DNA of 64,000 nt from Anthoceros angustus (Eukaryota > Plantae > Anthocerotophyta). Positions within the stretch are counted from its first letter, which is position 1. The number at the start of each line of letters is the position of its first letter. A model generated the notes under the pieces. It saw only the letters and a program-made list of their open reading frames with translations, made no database searches and was not told where the DNA came from. This document shows positions 25,105 to 38,330 of the stretch, piece by piece. Both the position numbers and the translations under genes were made by a program. Where the stretch lies: contig MU008166.1 of NCBI GenBank assembly GCA_010909165.1, positions 1,612,001 through 1,676,000 on the forward strand. The letters are read 5' to 3'.

Positions 25105-25908
25105 ATGGCAGCTACAAGTATGGCAGCTATGGCGTCCGCGGTCGCCGCCCCGTCCGCATTCTCGGTGCGGTCGCCGGCGGTGAGCGCCAGCAGGAGCGCG
25201 CGGCTGCAGAGCTCGAGCGCGAGTCTGGCGGGGCTGCGGTTGCGGCACCGGTCTGCTGCTCCGGCCGCCCGCCGGGCGCCGGCCGTGCTGGTCCGCTGCG
25301 AGGACGATCCCAGCGGCATTCTCGACAAGGCGCAGGAGGCGGCCGGAAACGTGAGCGACAAGGTGAAGGGAGCGGCGCAGCAGGCGAGCGATTTCGTGCA
25401 AGGCAAGTCGGGCGAGGCCAAGAACCAGGCGCAGGGCGCGGGGCAGGAGCTGCGCTCCCGCACCGACGACGCGCTTTCGCAGGGCCAGAGCCACGCCGAG
25501 GGCCTCAAGTCCGAGGCGCAGAGCAACGCGTCCGGGCTGGGCAAGCAGGCCGACGGCCTCAAGGACCAGGTGAGCGGCGCGGCGCAGCAGGCAAGCGATT
25601 TCGTGCAAGGCAAGTCGGGCGAGGCCAAGAACCAGGCGCAGGGCGCGGGGCAGGAGCTGCGCTCCCGCACCGACGACGCGCTGTCGCAGGGCCAGAGCCA
25701 CGCGTCTGGGCTGGGCAAGCAGGCCGAGGGCCTCAAGGACCAGGTGAAGGGCGGGCTGGACCAGGCCAAGAACAGCATCACCGGTGCGGGCCAGGAGGTG
25801 CAGAACAAGGCGTCCGAGGCCGGCTCCACTGTAAAGTCTAACCTGGACGACCTGTCCAGGAACGCGCAAAACACCGCCGAGGACGCCAAGCGCCGCATCC
25901 AGCAGTGA
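25105..25908 (+). CDS. LEA-like hydrophilic repeat protein with predicted plastid transit peptide, 267 aa, intronless
   Basis: Ser/Ala/Arg-rich N-terminus ending VLVRC, followed by A/Q/G/K/D-rich helical repeats without Trp or Cys. A 43-aa segment is duplicated. Confidence 0.75.
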   Translation: MAATSMAAMASAVAAPSAFSVRSPAVSASRSARLQSSSASLAGLRLRHRSAAPAARRAPAVLVRCEDDPSGILDKAQEAAGNVSDKVKGAAQQASDFVQGKSGEAKNQAQGAGQELRSRTDDALSQGQSHAEGLKSEAQSNASGLGKQADGLKDQVSGAAQQASDFVQGKSGEAKNQAQGAGQELRSRTDDALSQGQSHASGLGKQAEGLKDQVKGGLDQAKNSITGAGQEVQNKASEAGSTVKSNLDDLSRNAQNTAEDAKRRIQQ

Positions 25909-26149
25909 GGACTGGAGCAGTGAGCGCTCTCCTTCCAAGCTGTCGGCTGTTTTTGTGTGTACAGATGGAGATTGCGTGCGCAAGGGGCCTTGCCTTAGCC
26001 CCATTTTTCCTGCTAGGGGGACCTGGAACAGTTCTCAACTAGCAGGCACCAATTGCCGTGATGACTGATCTGCGAGACTTGCCCAAGATTCGCAGCTGGA
26101 TTCTTAACTGCTTTGTAAAGTGTGGCTGTGTATTTTGTTTCTTTGAAAC

Positions 26150-26660
26150 CTGTAAGATGTGAATAAAATCGCCCTTTTGTCTAGGCTTGTCCTCCTACTG
26201 TCTTCAAGCTGCAAGTCGTTTTGCTACACTTGTAAGCCTGTCTGCACTCGGTTGCATTTTGCTCACTCTGCAGGAGGTCTGCCGAGTGCAATTCCGCTTG
26301 AAGGCTTGTAAAATGTGAATAAAATCGCCAATTATCAAGGTAGGCTGTCCTTACTTTGAATGTCGTCCTACTTGTCTTCAAGCTGCAAGTCGTTTTGCTA
26401 CACTTGTAAGCCTGTCTGCACTCGGTTGTATTTTGCTCACTCTGCAGGAGGTCTGCCGAGTTCAATTCCGCTTGAAGGCTTGTAAGATGTGAATTAAATC
26501 GCCAATTATCAAAGTTAGGCTGTCCTTACTTTGAATGTCGTCCCACTTGTCTTCAAGCTGCAAGTCGTTTTGCTTTACTTGTAAGCCTGTCTGCACTCGG
26601 TTGCATGTTTCTCACTCTGCAGGAATTTTCCCGGTGAGGAGGGAGTGGAATTCCGCTTGA
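26150..26660. repeat. Tandem repeat, ~155-180 bp unit, about 3 copies
   Basis: TGTCTTCAAGCTGCAAGTCGTTTTGCTACACTTGTAAGCCTGTCTGCACTCGGTTG...GCTCACTCTGCAGGA recurs three times. Confidence 0.85.
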
Positions 26661-27017
26661 AAACAGGGCCGCCTGCGAATGAAATTTTTGGATATGTTTT
26701 CAGGAGCTACATACATGCTCTTGTATTTAGGCACCAAGCCAGCCGCGTCTTTGAGCCGTAACGACTTCCAGATACACCCTCTTGGTAACCAGGAGCCCAG
26801 CTCGGTAGTATTTGCGCCCCTCTTCGCTGAAGTTTTAGCTTTAGAAAGGCACCACCTGTTCCCAAGACTCTCTTTTGTCTCCACGTCAATTCTCTCTCCT
26901 TTGCGCAACTACCCTTAATAAATTACTCGCAATATATTCCTCTTTTATGTGAATTGATTTTAACTTTGCTTCACCTTGCATGGGATGCTTAGGATCGCTT
27001 ACTCTTTACAACCTTAT

Positions 27018-27153
27018 TAGCACCAACTAATTCCTTTGAGCGAGACATCCTAAAGCACCAACTAATTCCTTTGAGCGAGACATCCTGAAGCACCAACTAA
27101 TTCCTTTGAGCGAGACATCCTAAAGCACCAACTAATTCCTTCGAGCGAGACAT
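27018..27153. repeat. 35-bp minisatellite, 4 copies
   Basis: TAAAGCACCAACTAATTCCTTTGAGCGAGACATCC head-to-tail with no spacers. Confidence 0.9.
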
Positions 27154-29539
27154 TTTAGGATGTTATGATGTGCCTATTCTCATGGCAATCCCTTTAATCT
27201 GCTTGGCTTTTGAAATGATTTTTGTTGGCCAAGTGATACTTGGCTAATGTGTCGTACTGCCCAACTTCGACACAAGCACCGTCTAACAAACTTAGCTTGG
27301 CTACATATCATCCTCACCCACCAGAGAGTGAAAAGTCGTGGCAAGTCGTTGCCGGTAATGCTAATGAGCTGGTTGTGGCCGCCATTTGTACGTCAAGTGG
27401 TGGATACTGCTATAAACTGAAAGTTTTATCACATCTTTTTATCCAGAAAATCATATCTATATACTCAACTAGAAAGTTTTATCACTTTGTTTTCTACCAC
27501 GTTTGCACCCTATATCATAGAATTTTAAAAAATATTAGTAGTAAAGTTAGAATAAATAGAAAATTGAAGATATTAAAAAATAAAAGATATATATGATAAT
27601 ATTAACTTGAGGTACTTTAATTGAAGAATTATGATAGATATTTTTAAAAGTAAAAAATATTAATTATAAAGGGTTAACAATAGTATTAACTTCTATCAAC
27701 GATGGAAGTATGAGCCTTACAAGTGTTGTGTCCAATGATAGATTAAGTCCATGCATTTATATACAGAATGTTTATTAATAGATCTTTCTGTAATAACGAC
27801 TAGATTCTTAGTAATAAGAAATACTTCACAGCAACCAGATTAAGCTCCAATTTAAACGATAAAATAGTTTAAGTCATTTTCTCATCGCTGCATTATGCGA
27901 GGCTGCCAGTTGTTAGTGGTCTATGGGGTTACTCCAAATTAAACTCCAGTTGTTAGTGCCCTACGGGATTACTCCACATTAAACTCCAGCTGTTAGTGCC
28001 CTACGGGGTTACTCCACATTATACTCCCAATGCAGGACTTCCATGTATACTTTGAAATATGAAATCTTTGAATTCTCTAAAAAAATAAAATAGTTCAAGT
28101 TTTACTTGGATAAATAAAATGGTATATTGGTTCTCCTTGATAGTGAAGGCTTGTGTTTGAATACCGAGAAAAAAATAATTGATCAATTTTGATTGTTTAA
28201 TACAAATTTAGTAACTAAGTATATTTTCTATTACAATTTATTTGCATGTCAATAGATTTATTCTTTTTGTACATTTCAACCCAGAAGGAAGGGTTTTTTT
28301 CTCAACAAATGATGAAACAAGTGAAATTGATTGCGCAGCATTAGGCTCAAAAACTTATGTCATTTTGGCCTTGAATACTCTAAGAATTTGCTTCCTATTT
28401 GTCTCGCTTTATTGTGGTTATTTACCTCCTAACGTGATCTCATGGTTAGGCCTTCTGAGCTTTGATCAGTCCATCCAGGGAGCCTCTTTGGAGCAAAAGT
28501 AGAACGAGATAGACTTTGATGTACATGCGTAAAGGTCCAGTTTGAGTTTGTGGAACAATAAGAAATCTTGATCTACAAAATGAGTGATCATCTCTATAAC
28601 TTATTTTAGGTTTATATCAAAACTTTTTTTATAACTGAGTTTCTTTCATATTAGTATGTTCGTATTGCTTTAAGTTCCACATATTTGTAGCCTGTCCTTA
28701 TAAGACTTGACAAAATTCTTTCAACTTATTATCTTGTACATTAAAGACATAAAAATATATTTTGAGAAAATAAATTCCATAAGACAAGAAAATTATTTTC
28801 CTACTTAGTTATATCTGTTCTTATCAGTTTAATTAAAAGCAATATATCATAAATATTAATAAGATTAATAAATTATCATAAATAAAATAAATCTAGTTAT
28901 ATAATATTTATATTATTTGTATATAAATATATATACATATGGTGAGCACAGCAACGCAGCCTTAGTGAAATGGATGCGACGTGAACATTCGCATCACGGA
29001 ACACAAAGCGTGGCTGTTTTGGATTCAAAGGGAGCAATCGGAGGGGATCGGTGACGTTTTGGAATACAAAGCGAGGAGTCGGAGGAAGCGACCGGGCGTT
29101 GCTTGGCTGACTAGGGTTTGGGAGATGGAATCTGTTGAGTACATTGCTGGTATTTATTGGAGTGGAGCGTAGACATTGGTAGGCTCACTCTCTGCAGTGC
29201 AGTTTGCTGTTTCTCTTTCCCGCTCCTGCCAATCCACTTGTGGCCCGGGCCGTCTCTCTCCTGAAAGAAGGCTGGCTGGCAGCCAGCCTTCTTTCTGGCT
29301 CGCAGGTCAGGTGGTTGCTTCCGCAGGTGGATTCTTGGAGCTCCAGCGTCGCAGCAGAGGTGTCTGGTGGATCCGAGGGCCGGGCGGGCGCACCGGCCTC
29401 GCATCGGGAGCGGACGGGACATGGCTTCCGGGATGCCGCGAGGGAGATGAGGCAGCTGAGAGCCTGGTGAGGCCGGGAGGCCAGTCGTCGAACTTTGCAG
29501 CAGGCAGAGTCGCGCTCCGCCGTGCGGCTGCCAGATCAC

Positions 29540-31374
29540 ATGGAGCATTCCGCTGCAAACCCTGCCGGGCCCCGGCTCGGGGCCCTGGACCTGCTCTTCG
29601 CTAGCAATCTCTCCGGCATCCAGCTGCACGTGGATCTTGGCGTGGTGGACAACCAGTACCCGGACCCTAGCTGCTTCATTGCAATCAAGCGAGCGTGCGG
29701 CTCCGACGTGACTTTCGACAAATTCACGGCCGTTTTTCTTGATTTCGAGCGGGGAGTCAGGTCCCGGGAGCAGGCCATTGCGGACGCTTTCAAGCTCGTC
29801 ATGGAGCAGGGCCGATGCTCCCGGGTTAAGCATGACTTCCTCTACCACCTGCTGCTCCACTTCTTCTCGTCTCGTGCGGTAAGTACTACTACTAGTACTG
29901 CCATTGCCGAATGTTTCCGTCACTCTGACACATGGATAGATTTATGTACGTGTGTGTTTGTGTGTTTTCATGCCTCTTCCTGCCTTCCTTCCTTTCAATG
30001 CTCTCCTCTAGCAGTGGTAGCAGTACCTCTATTTTTTGTCCGAGCTCGTCTTCTTCATCTCGATGTCCATGGCGGATTGGAACTTCCTTTAATCCTGTCT
30101 AGACGTATATGTGCCTACATATATATAGAGCATCGAATTAAAGTCCTCTTGTTTTGAACAGCTTGAGTCGTCCCCCAGTGAGACTCTGTTTGCCACTAGT
30201 TCTGCCCGGGACTGATGCGAGTAACGCTTGCAATTCTAAAACTAGACAGATTAGGTAGGCTACTTTCCAGTGCTCTTGTGGCTCCTCTCTGCTTGTTTGC
30301 TTCTCGAGGGGAGGCTAATACTCGTGTATGTTAGTGCAGACTCGAGAATCTGCTCCGGACCAGTTCTGCGCGCCAGGTCGTCTCCAGCCCGCGGGTGCCT
30401 CCGAAGTCTCGGACATGGACGGACGTCCGACTACTTCAGATTCCACAGTCGCTCCTTCCTCCTGCTCGAATCTGACGGAGCTGAAGCGCAGCGCGCCGCG
30501 CTGTTTGTGTCGTGGTTGTCCAGGTTTCGGCGCAAGGGTGGCTGCATCGAGTGCACACGTTAGACTTGTGGAGCGAGAGATTGTGAAGGCGATTGTTGCA
30601 AGCACGCGTCCAGCGTGGAGGGAGAATGCCGTGAAGTTCCTCGCGGAGGCGGAGGCAGTGTTGCAGAGTGCAGGCTACCACACGTTTCTGGGAGTCTTGG
30701 ATGCCTTCCGCACGGGAGCCATTGCTGACGACTTCGAGCTGAAGGTTGTTGCTGACAGTTTGATAAGAGGAAAATTGAAGGCACCGGGGCCTCGGTTTGT
30801 GGTGCACGGGAACGGGTCCTTCAGTCGGTGCAAGGACTGTTCACAGGCTGGTGCTGGTGAAGAGGATCTTCCGTGCGGGAGCCAGGATTTCAGGGCACCG
30901 GCGGGCGAAGTTCCGGCGCGGAATGACGGCAACACAGGCCAAGCTGCTGAGAGGGATCGTCGGGAGGCAGAAACTTCGCGGCTGAATTCCACGAGGCTGT
31001 GTGACGAGATGGAGTTTGACCCTTGTGCTCCTCATGCCGTCGAGCGTAGCAGAGGTGGCCATCCAATTCACGGGGACTTGGAATTGCCGCGTGCTTCAGG
31101 GGACCGCATCTGTACGTTGTGTGATGGGGTATCGAGGGCTCCTCCTCTTTGCGACAGGCTCATGCGTAGATTGATATTGCTCTATTCGCCCCATGAGCCG
31201 GATTGTGATTGTGGTTCCGAGGAAAACTGGGCTTTGGGCAGCTATAAGACGTGCCCGGACCCGCCCAGGCAGCACGTTGACATAATGCAAAGCGGAGGCA
31301 GGAAACGAAATCCCCTGCGCAGCACGCGAGAACGGAAGCCCACATCCAAGCTTGTGGAAGAGTGCCAGTTTTGA
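29540..31374 (+). CDS. Uncharacterised protein with two PAH/harmonin-N-like helical repeats, 2 exons, ~457 aa
   Basis: Exon 29540-29878, phase-0 GTAAGT...GCAG intron, exon 30340-31374; the frames join. Repeats FIAIKRACGSDVTFDKFTAVFLDFERG and AVKFLAEAEAVLQSAGYHTFLGVLDAFRTG. The start codon and domain call are tentative. Confidence 0.55.
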
Positions 31375-31751
31375 TGTGTCAAGCTGGGACTTTGTATCAA
31401 AATTAAGCAAAGCTATTTAATTTGTGAACATATAGCATTCTGAATGATTTGTTTCAAGCGTCTGTCTCCTCTTTGGAGGGAAGCTGACCGTCTGGTGCGG
31501 GACGCTCATGGAGAAGTAGTGTCGGACCACTTATTACCACTTCCATCAAAACGCAAGTTTGCAACTTTGTGATAGAGATACGGAATCCCTGAAGAATCCT
31601 AATTTCCTCTTTTTAAGTCCAACCCAAAAATATATATGGTAGCATAGAGAGTTGCTCTATATGGTACATAATCAAATCGAGAAATATGGACCTAAAAGAC
31701 TATAGCTACTACAAACTCACGGCTCTGAGCAGTTGCAGTTAAGCCGAGAAG

Positions 31752-34599
31752 TTACTTCCTCACGTTCTTAGTGAGGAACCTCAAGACGAGGTAGAAAATG
31801 ATACGATATGCCACGAAGAAAGCAATCATGACAGCGACGTTGTTCCATATGTGCACCTTCCCGGCAGACAGGCTTCTCAGTATGTCACCCGTGGTAGTGT
31901 TGCCGTACCAAAATGATACGTGTATTCTGCTATATTCGTTGGAAATAAGAATCTCATACGGATACTTGAAGATGGACAGGTAATGCATCCAGATCCAGTA
32001 TTTTGGAATGCTACTCCTGATAGGAAACAGCACACGAACAATGAGTGTCAACAGCACTTCCCACCCCCCGATCAGGATTATGAAAACAGAACGAAGAAAA
32101 AGGAAATTGGAGAAAATGAAGTACCTGGGAATGAAGAAGCCGGAGAAGAGAAAAAAATAGGCAAATAGCGCTGAGACAAGCGAATTACCGACCAGGAAAT
32201 TAGGAACCAGGGCACCGATGACTGCCACAAATGCATTGGCGACGGCCAATGTGAGGAACAGCGTGAGAACCACAATGAAGAAAGCATTTGCGTTGTGCAC
32301 AAAGTCGACCATGAAGTAAGCTATACAGGTGTACAGCGCAGCCAGAAAGAACAAGAATGGTATAAAAACAATAGACTGTGCCAAAGTGTACGAAGACGCC
32401 CGGTATGCCCCACGAGAAACCTCTCTGATGAATATCTGACGCTCCTCCAGAAAAACCGGAAGCGCTTCCGTTGAAGTAAATATCATTAAAGCCAAGGTAA
32501 ATGCCACAAAAGATTGCCGCTGGCGAGATCCTTTCTCGCTGATGCCCACATTCAAGAAAATGGTTCCCAGAAGGAGGCCAGTTACCACCTGTAGACATTA
32601 GGCAAAGGTGTGAAAAGCTACTAACACTGTAAGCTCTCCCTAACTAATCTCTCTGCCTTTCCTCTCTACTCAGTATTAGAGCACTCTACTCAGTATTAGA
32701 GCACGCCACCCTTGCTCTACACAGACTAGTGATGGAAACGCAAAGACAAGCACGGACTAGTGATGGAAACGCAAAGACAAGCACAGACTAGTGGATGCGC
32801 GTCGTACCATGAGTCCAACCCGAGAGAAGAAAAGCTCTTTCGTCCGGAAGATGGTCTTCAAAGTCCGATCAGATAATATCCAAGTTTCAGTGAAAAAATT
32901 GTTTCCAAAACCGTGCAGTTCATTAGACGAGTCTGTATCCTTAGACACAGTGGCAAGGCCTTCCACGTCGTCCACCTTTTGCTTAGCTTTCTACGGGGCA
33001 CAAGAGCAACAGAACAGACAAATCAACTAAGGGTGGGGGAGGAGGGGGAAGAAACAAGTGAAAACAGGTGCCACAGTTCTGTTCAGGTCATGTACTAACC
33101 TGGTGAGCAATAAGCTTCTGGAAACCTTCTGGGTCTGATTGAAATTCTTCAACCGTGTCTAGGGCATATTCCACAATGTTGACCTGCCCAGCAGAGAGAT
33201 TGACCACAAAAGGTGAGTGGCAGGGGAATACAAGGCAAAGGAATACAAGCTTACAGGAAAGCAGAAAGGGATTCATCCTGGGAGAGCGAAGCCACAGCCT
33301 CACATGTTCTGGAAGGTTGCGGCCGATGTCCTTGAAGTACTTGGCCATATCTTGGAAACGGCCGTGATAAACAACATTGCCTTTTGCAAGAACAAGCATG
33401 CTGTTTATAAGGTCCAAAATCCGGTAGCTGGGCTGATGAATGGTCAATGCCACCGTGCGATTCCTTTCCACAGCGAGCATAGACAAGATTTCCATGACAT
33501 GTAATGCTGATGTACTATCCAACCCTGAGGTCGGCTCATCAAGAAATAGCACAGCTGGGTCGTGAATCAGCTCAACACCAATTGAGATACGTCTTTTTTC
33601 ACCCCCCGACACACCTTTGACCTGCAAATTACATAAAAGCAAATGAGCTCACACACTCCCACCAACGATCGAGACAGAGCAGGCGACAGACATCTGACAA
33701 ACAACGACGAAAGCTAGAGCGCCACTTACCAGGTCATTTCCAACATATGTATTGGCACAGGCAGTGAGACCGAGCTGCTGCAAAGTAGTCTCCACTCTGA
33801 CAAGCTTTTCAGCATGCGGAATGCTAGGAGGGAGTCGGAATCTCGCACTGAACAGCAGTGTCTCTCTGGTAGTAAGCATAGGATACAAAGCATCATCCTG
33901 CATAACATACTGCGATTTCTTCATAAAAGAGGTGCTCCATGGTTTTCCATTCACAAGCAACGACCCTTCCAAACTCTGCCGCTGAATTCTTCCGGCCAAC
34001 GCATCCAAGAAGGTCGTCTTAGACGACCCCGAAGGCCCGCAAATCGCCAAAATTTCTCCGTGCTTGGCACACGCAGTCACGTCATTGAGCAACACTTTCT
34101 CCACCTTCTCCTTATCCTTCATCTCAAACACCTGCTCCCAACACGCACACCCGAAAAGACATCAGAACAAGCTCACAACCTCCCAAACAACCACAGTCAA
34201 ACAACCACAATGCGGCTCAATCCCCAGTCCACAAGCCTCACTCACCCGATACGTCAAATGGATAACTGTCAAGTCGTAGAACCTATCCGCCCCCGTAGTC
34301 TTGACGGGATGCATGATAGGCTCCCAACTCGGCTCCCCGATCTCCAAATCCTCCGCCACCGGCACAGCATCCACACTCACCTCCCCCAAGTTGCTCCTCG
34401 CCCCGCCGTCCCTACCAAGGGCCGGCTGCCTCCCCTGCTCCGACAGGCTGCTGTTCCTGCTGTACACAGTCCTGCTCCCCTGGCGAGTGAAATTCTCCAG
34501 CCCCCTCTCCTGGTCCGCCAAGATGGAGCTCTGCTCCGAATCCACATCGCTCACGCTCGAAACCCTGCTGTGCCCCGCGGGGCCGAAGCGCTTGGACAT
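31752..34599 (-). CDS. ABCG half-size (WBC-type) transporter, 7 exons, ~689 aa
   Basis: Exons 34599-34246, 34131-33730, 33621-33304, 33183-33100, 32990-32808, 32588-32125 and 32016-31752. Walker A GPSGSSKT, signature VSGGEKRR, Walker B LFLDEPTSGLD, TIHQP, and a TMD with IPKYWIWMHYLSIFKYPYE. Confidence 0.95.
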
Positions 34600-37559
34600 G
34601 ATCAAGAATGCGCACCGGCAGCAGCAGCAACAGCAACACCACAGACAGCGGCGCAAAGCGGCTCACTCCCGCGCTCTTCCGCAGAACTGAGGCTGGAAGA
34701 ATGCAATCCCAACCGTCACGGCTGCAGCTCAAAGAGCGTCATCGCCAGCCATTTTGTGCGCGCTTTCGCGCCCGCTAAAGCAGGCACAACGCGCATGCAT
34801 GCACCAGCTGGGCAGGATTGAGCCGGATTCGCACGACACTGCAGCAGGCACTGAAAGCACCAGCTGCGGGCTGTCAGCTCGACACAGAGCTTGACCCCGC
34901 GATGGATCTCCACTGCGCAATGCGAAGATAGAGTGCGCGATTGGGAGTTGCTCTGTCTCGGCCTCCTCCACCAGCCCAGAAATGCAACTGCACTGATAAG
35001 TTATTCGGGCCCCGGATGTCGCGCCCCAGCGCTCTCCACGATCGCCTGGAAGCTTCACGGGCAAGGACGGATGTGACGACATGCCTGTCCACATCATCTC
35101 TCTACTCTTCTACAGCACCCGAACATCCTCTCCCATCGTCAACACTCCTTCCGCGAGACTTCCCGCCCTCCTTCCACCCCACCGGAATATTTAGGAATGT
35201 GGATGTACAAAGGCTGATTGGCCTCGTGAGGTGAAAGCGCTGTTGCAGTTTCCCGGAAGGAGGGCAGCCGTAACGAAACATGACGCCGGCGCCGTACGTA
35301 CAGCTCTGGCGTCAGGCTAGTTTATCCTGGTTTTTTAATTGCAAAATCGATAACTCCTCCCACCTTTGCCGTCCTATTTTATGCCTGTCCAGTTTGACTC
35401 GGGCTTTTGTGTGGCCAGGAAGTGTTTCAGTTTATTCTTTCAGTCGGCGAGGAGGTGAGAGATCTGATCGGATCGCATCGTCAGGCACTCTGATCTTCGC
35501 GGCAAGCGGGAGGGTTTCTTGGACTCTAGGCGCATGCCATGTATGTATGTACCCAGGTTGCATGTCAAATGTCAGTTGATTGTTCGTATACACATTTGCC
35601 GCCGTTTTGCACGCAACCCTCATCACCTGTGATCGTTGTTCACATCTGTTGTCGTGTGCACTGCAGTGTTGCAAACAACAGCACATTGACGCCTGTCAGA
35701 CAGTACGTATGGAGCTGGGGGTAGCCGGCAAAGAATGGATCCGCTTTCCAGAATTTCTGCTTACCAATGCAGAAACGCGTTGTCTCATGCTGCCATTGTA
35801 TGCCGGAAGATCGAGGGGCGGAGATAGCCTTTCATCATAACACATTTACGAGTGTACAACGGGATTGTTTCCCGCGACCGTTGTCTTGTCGATTTGCAAC
35901 TGCTATCCTCCGATTTCTCGGAGACGCACACCAGTGCCGTGTCCGGGCTTGCTGATTCTGAGGGGAGCAACAATTTCGCAACAGGCGAGGCATGACGGGC
36001 ATGCCGACTCTGAGGGGAGAACACTGCTTCAAAAGTCGGGAGCATCTTACGCATCATGGGAACGCTTCCATGTGCTTGTGTCTATGCCGGAAGCAGTGTC
36101 ACCCTCGGAAGGATGCAACCACGTCGCCTGCGAGATGTTCGATTTTGCTCGCAGTGAATATAACCGTCGGCCTGTGCTCTGCCCGAATGACAGGCCCGAA
36201 GGCCCTTGTTTGTTGCAGCCTAGCCCTAAAGGCTTGTTGGAGGGCAGCAGGCTTGGAACCCGTCTCTACTGTGCGCGCTTCGTACTGGTCGGGCAAAGGA
36301 GGGAGGGCGTTATGAAGTTCGGCACCTCCGTACATATGTACAACATACAATTGCATTGTGGAGATGGCACTGACAAGTGTAACGACCAGTGGGACCTTCT
36401 CTTTATGGTAGTGAATTCTGAACATAGAGGGCCCAGACTTTGTTGTCTTCGGAGAAGACTTTTGTACGGCAGAGCTGGTGGGGTGTGCGAGTTAGTGATA
36501 GACAGAATTGTGATCCTCTCGGGCACAAGAAATGTGACCTTGCTTCTACCACCTATTTTCAATCTTGCAGGGGGTACAGATTCCATGCTTGATAACATCA
36601 CACAGCTTGCTCCACACTATCAAGCATGGAATCTGTATCCCCTGCAGGATATTTTTCAGAGTGTTGCAAGCAAAATCGGCTTCAGAAGGCACGCAAAACT
36701 ACCGCGCGAAAGCTCGAAGTAAGCTGTGTGTGCGGGTGCGGAATGTTGACATCCAAATTTTTTCCAAGGGTGGCAAGCAAAAATGGATAGCCCAGGCTGG
36801 TGTTCTTATGGTAGGTTTGATACGGAGATTTCACCACGATCGGGATTTGCAAACACCACCCTCGCGATTTGCAGAAAGCGTTTCAAGTCCAACAATTTGC
36901 ACTCTACACCGCAAGGGGACCCGGATGGGGTAGCCTAGTTTACTGCAGGGAGCAAGTTGCCCGGAGAAAAAAAAGAAAAGTCTATTAGAATCCATTGAGC
37001 CCCATGGCGGAATGTCCGTCTTCAGCTTGGGTTTTGGTACTTAACCACTATCTTTCAAACCAAGCAAAAGAGTTTGTAGTCTAAGGGTAGGATATTGGCC
37101 TTAGCTCTTCTTTTCTATTTGCAGAGATGGTAATTCCCATCTACACCGAGGCGATGGGAACAACGCCCTAGAGGGCCAAGGGGAGCGATTGCATAAGCTA
37201 GGCGAGGGTGTGGGGCATGGCACTCACATCCATGCATGATTTAGCCCTCCGCTTGGTGCATCCCCTCGGTTGTGAGGTGTTGAGCGGGTGGCGCTGGGGC
37301 AAGACGGGCTTCTTGTGCTTCCTGGCCCATGCTAGATGGAAGAATGGAAGTATGTACATATCGGGCTCATACATATGTTTTTGAAGTTTCAATGGAGAAG
37401 TTATTAAAAAAAAAGAGATTGGAAAACGCATCTCCCCGAATCGAGGGGGACAACCTAATACAAGGCCAAGAGCCAGGGGGCTAGCCCCACGAATGCCAAC
37501 CCCATAGTTACCTACCGCCCCGATCTTGGGGTGGTCTGAGATGAGGAAAGGCCCACCTA

Positions 37560-38330
37560 CAACTGGTACCGATGACATCACATCTCCTGCGCTCGTCGCC
37601 ATCCTATAAATAGCGTTGGCCATCGCCTTGCAGATGGCGATGGATATCCGCTGTCGAAAGAAAGCCACCACCGAGAAAATGGCGATAGATACCCGCTGTT
37701 GAAAGAAAGCCACCACAGAGGAAAGAGGGAGACCCACCCCGTTCCGACAACTGTGATAGGCTTTAGCACAATTCCTAATGAGCCAGAAAAAATCCTTGTC
37801 CATAGCCCCGAGAGTCTCATTGGTGAGAGGATGAAGGCATGGCCGTCCTGCAAAGGTGTGTACTTGTGTACCTTGGCAGTCGCGCATCCCTCCACGCCTA
37901 GCCTGGAGGGTTGATAATGACATGCTCACAAATAGAGTTCTGGGTAGGATCCGTTACAACGACATCCGCAACAGAGATTTCGTCCCCCCGAATCAGAAAT
38001 AGATCCGCCCTGAGCGACACCCCATTGCACAGAGTATAGGGTCGCTTCCTGTATGGAAAATAACCACTCTCCTTCGCCATTGAGAACATGACGTCGTGAA
38101 CGAAGTCTTGCGTAGCGATATGTTGCCGGCCAATTGGACAACGAGCTGTAGGACCCTATGTACTGCTTAGAAAGGGTTTCTCCCGCTGGGTTTTGGAAAA
38201 ATCCCAACCCTATATCGGAACCGAAGTTGGTTTGGTATTTGTTGGTTTTGTAGGTGCTCATCCATCGGTTTCGGGCATTCTCGGCTCGGCACCACTTCTG
38301 TCGAGTCATTTACATGCTACCGGGCGCCTT
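37560..38330 (-). mobile_element. CRE-like non-LTR retrotransposon 3' fragment with zinc-knuckle remnant and restriction-like endonuclease
   Basis: PTARCPIGRQHIATQDFVHDVMFSMAKESG, then RADLFLIRGDEISVADVVVTDP (R.D...DV.V..P), KVHKY, and RQRISIAICKAMANAI (QRxSIA..+.NA). Frameshifted. Confidence 0.7.

Noticed and set aside
25017-26004. Long minus-strand ORFs (293 and 303 aa)
   Set aside because: Antisense shadows of the GC-rich LEA-like gene.
27018-27153. 35-bp repeat x4 resembling a CRISPR array
   Set aside because: Units are head-to-tail with no unique spacers, the context is eukaryotic, and no cas genes are present.
27400-28950. Very AT-rich block as a possible Helitron or organellar insert
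   Set aside because: No diagnostic termini, hairpin-CTRR end or organellar gene was recognised.
35580-36722. 285-aa ORF with faint F-box-like hints in neighbouring frames
   Set aside because: No motif could be recognised with confidence. It could be a decayed gene; an HMM search is needed.
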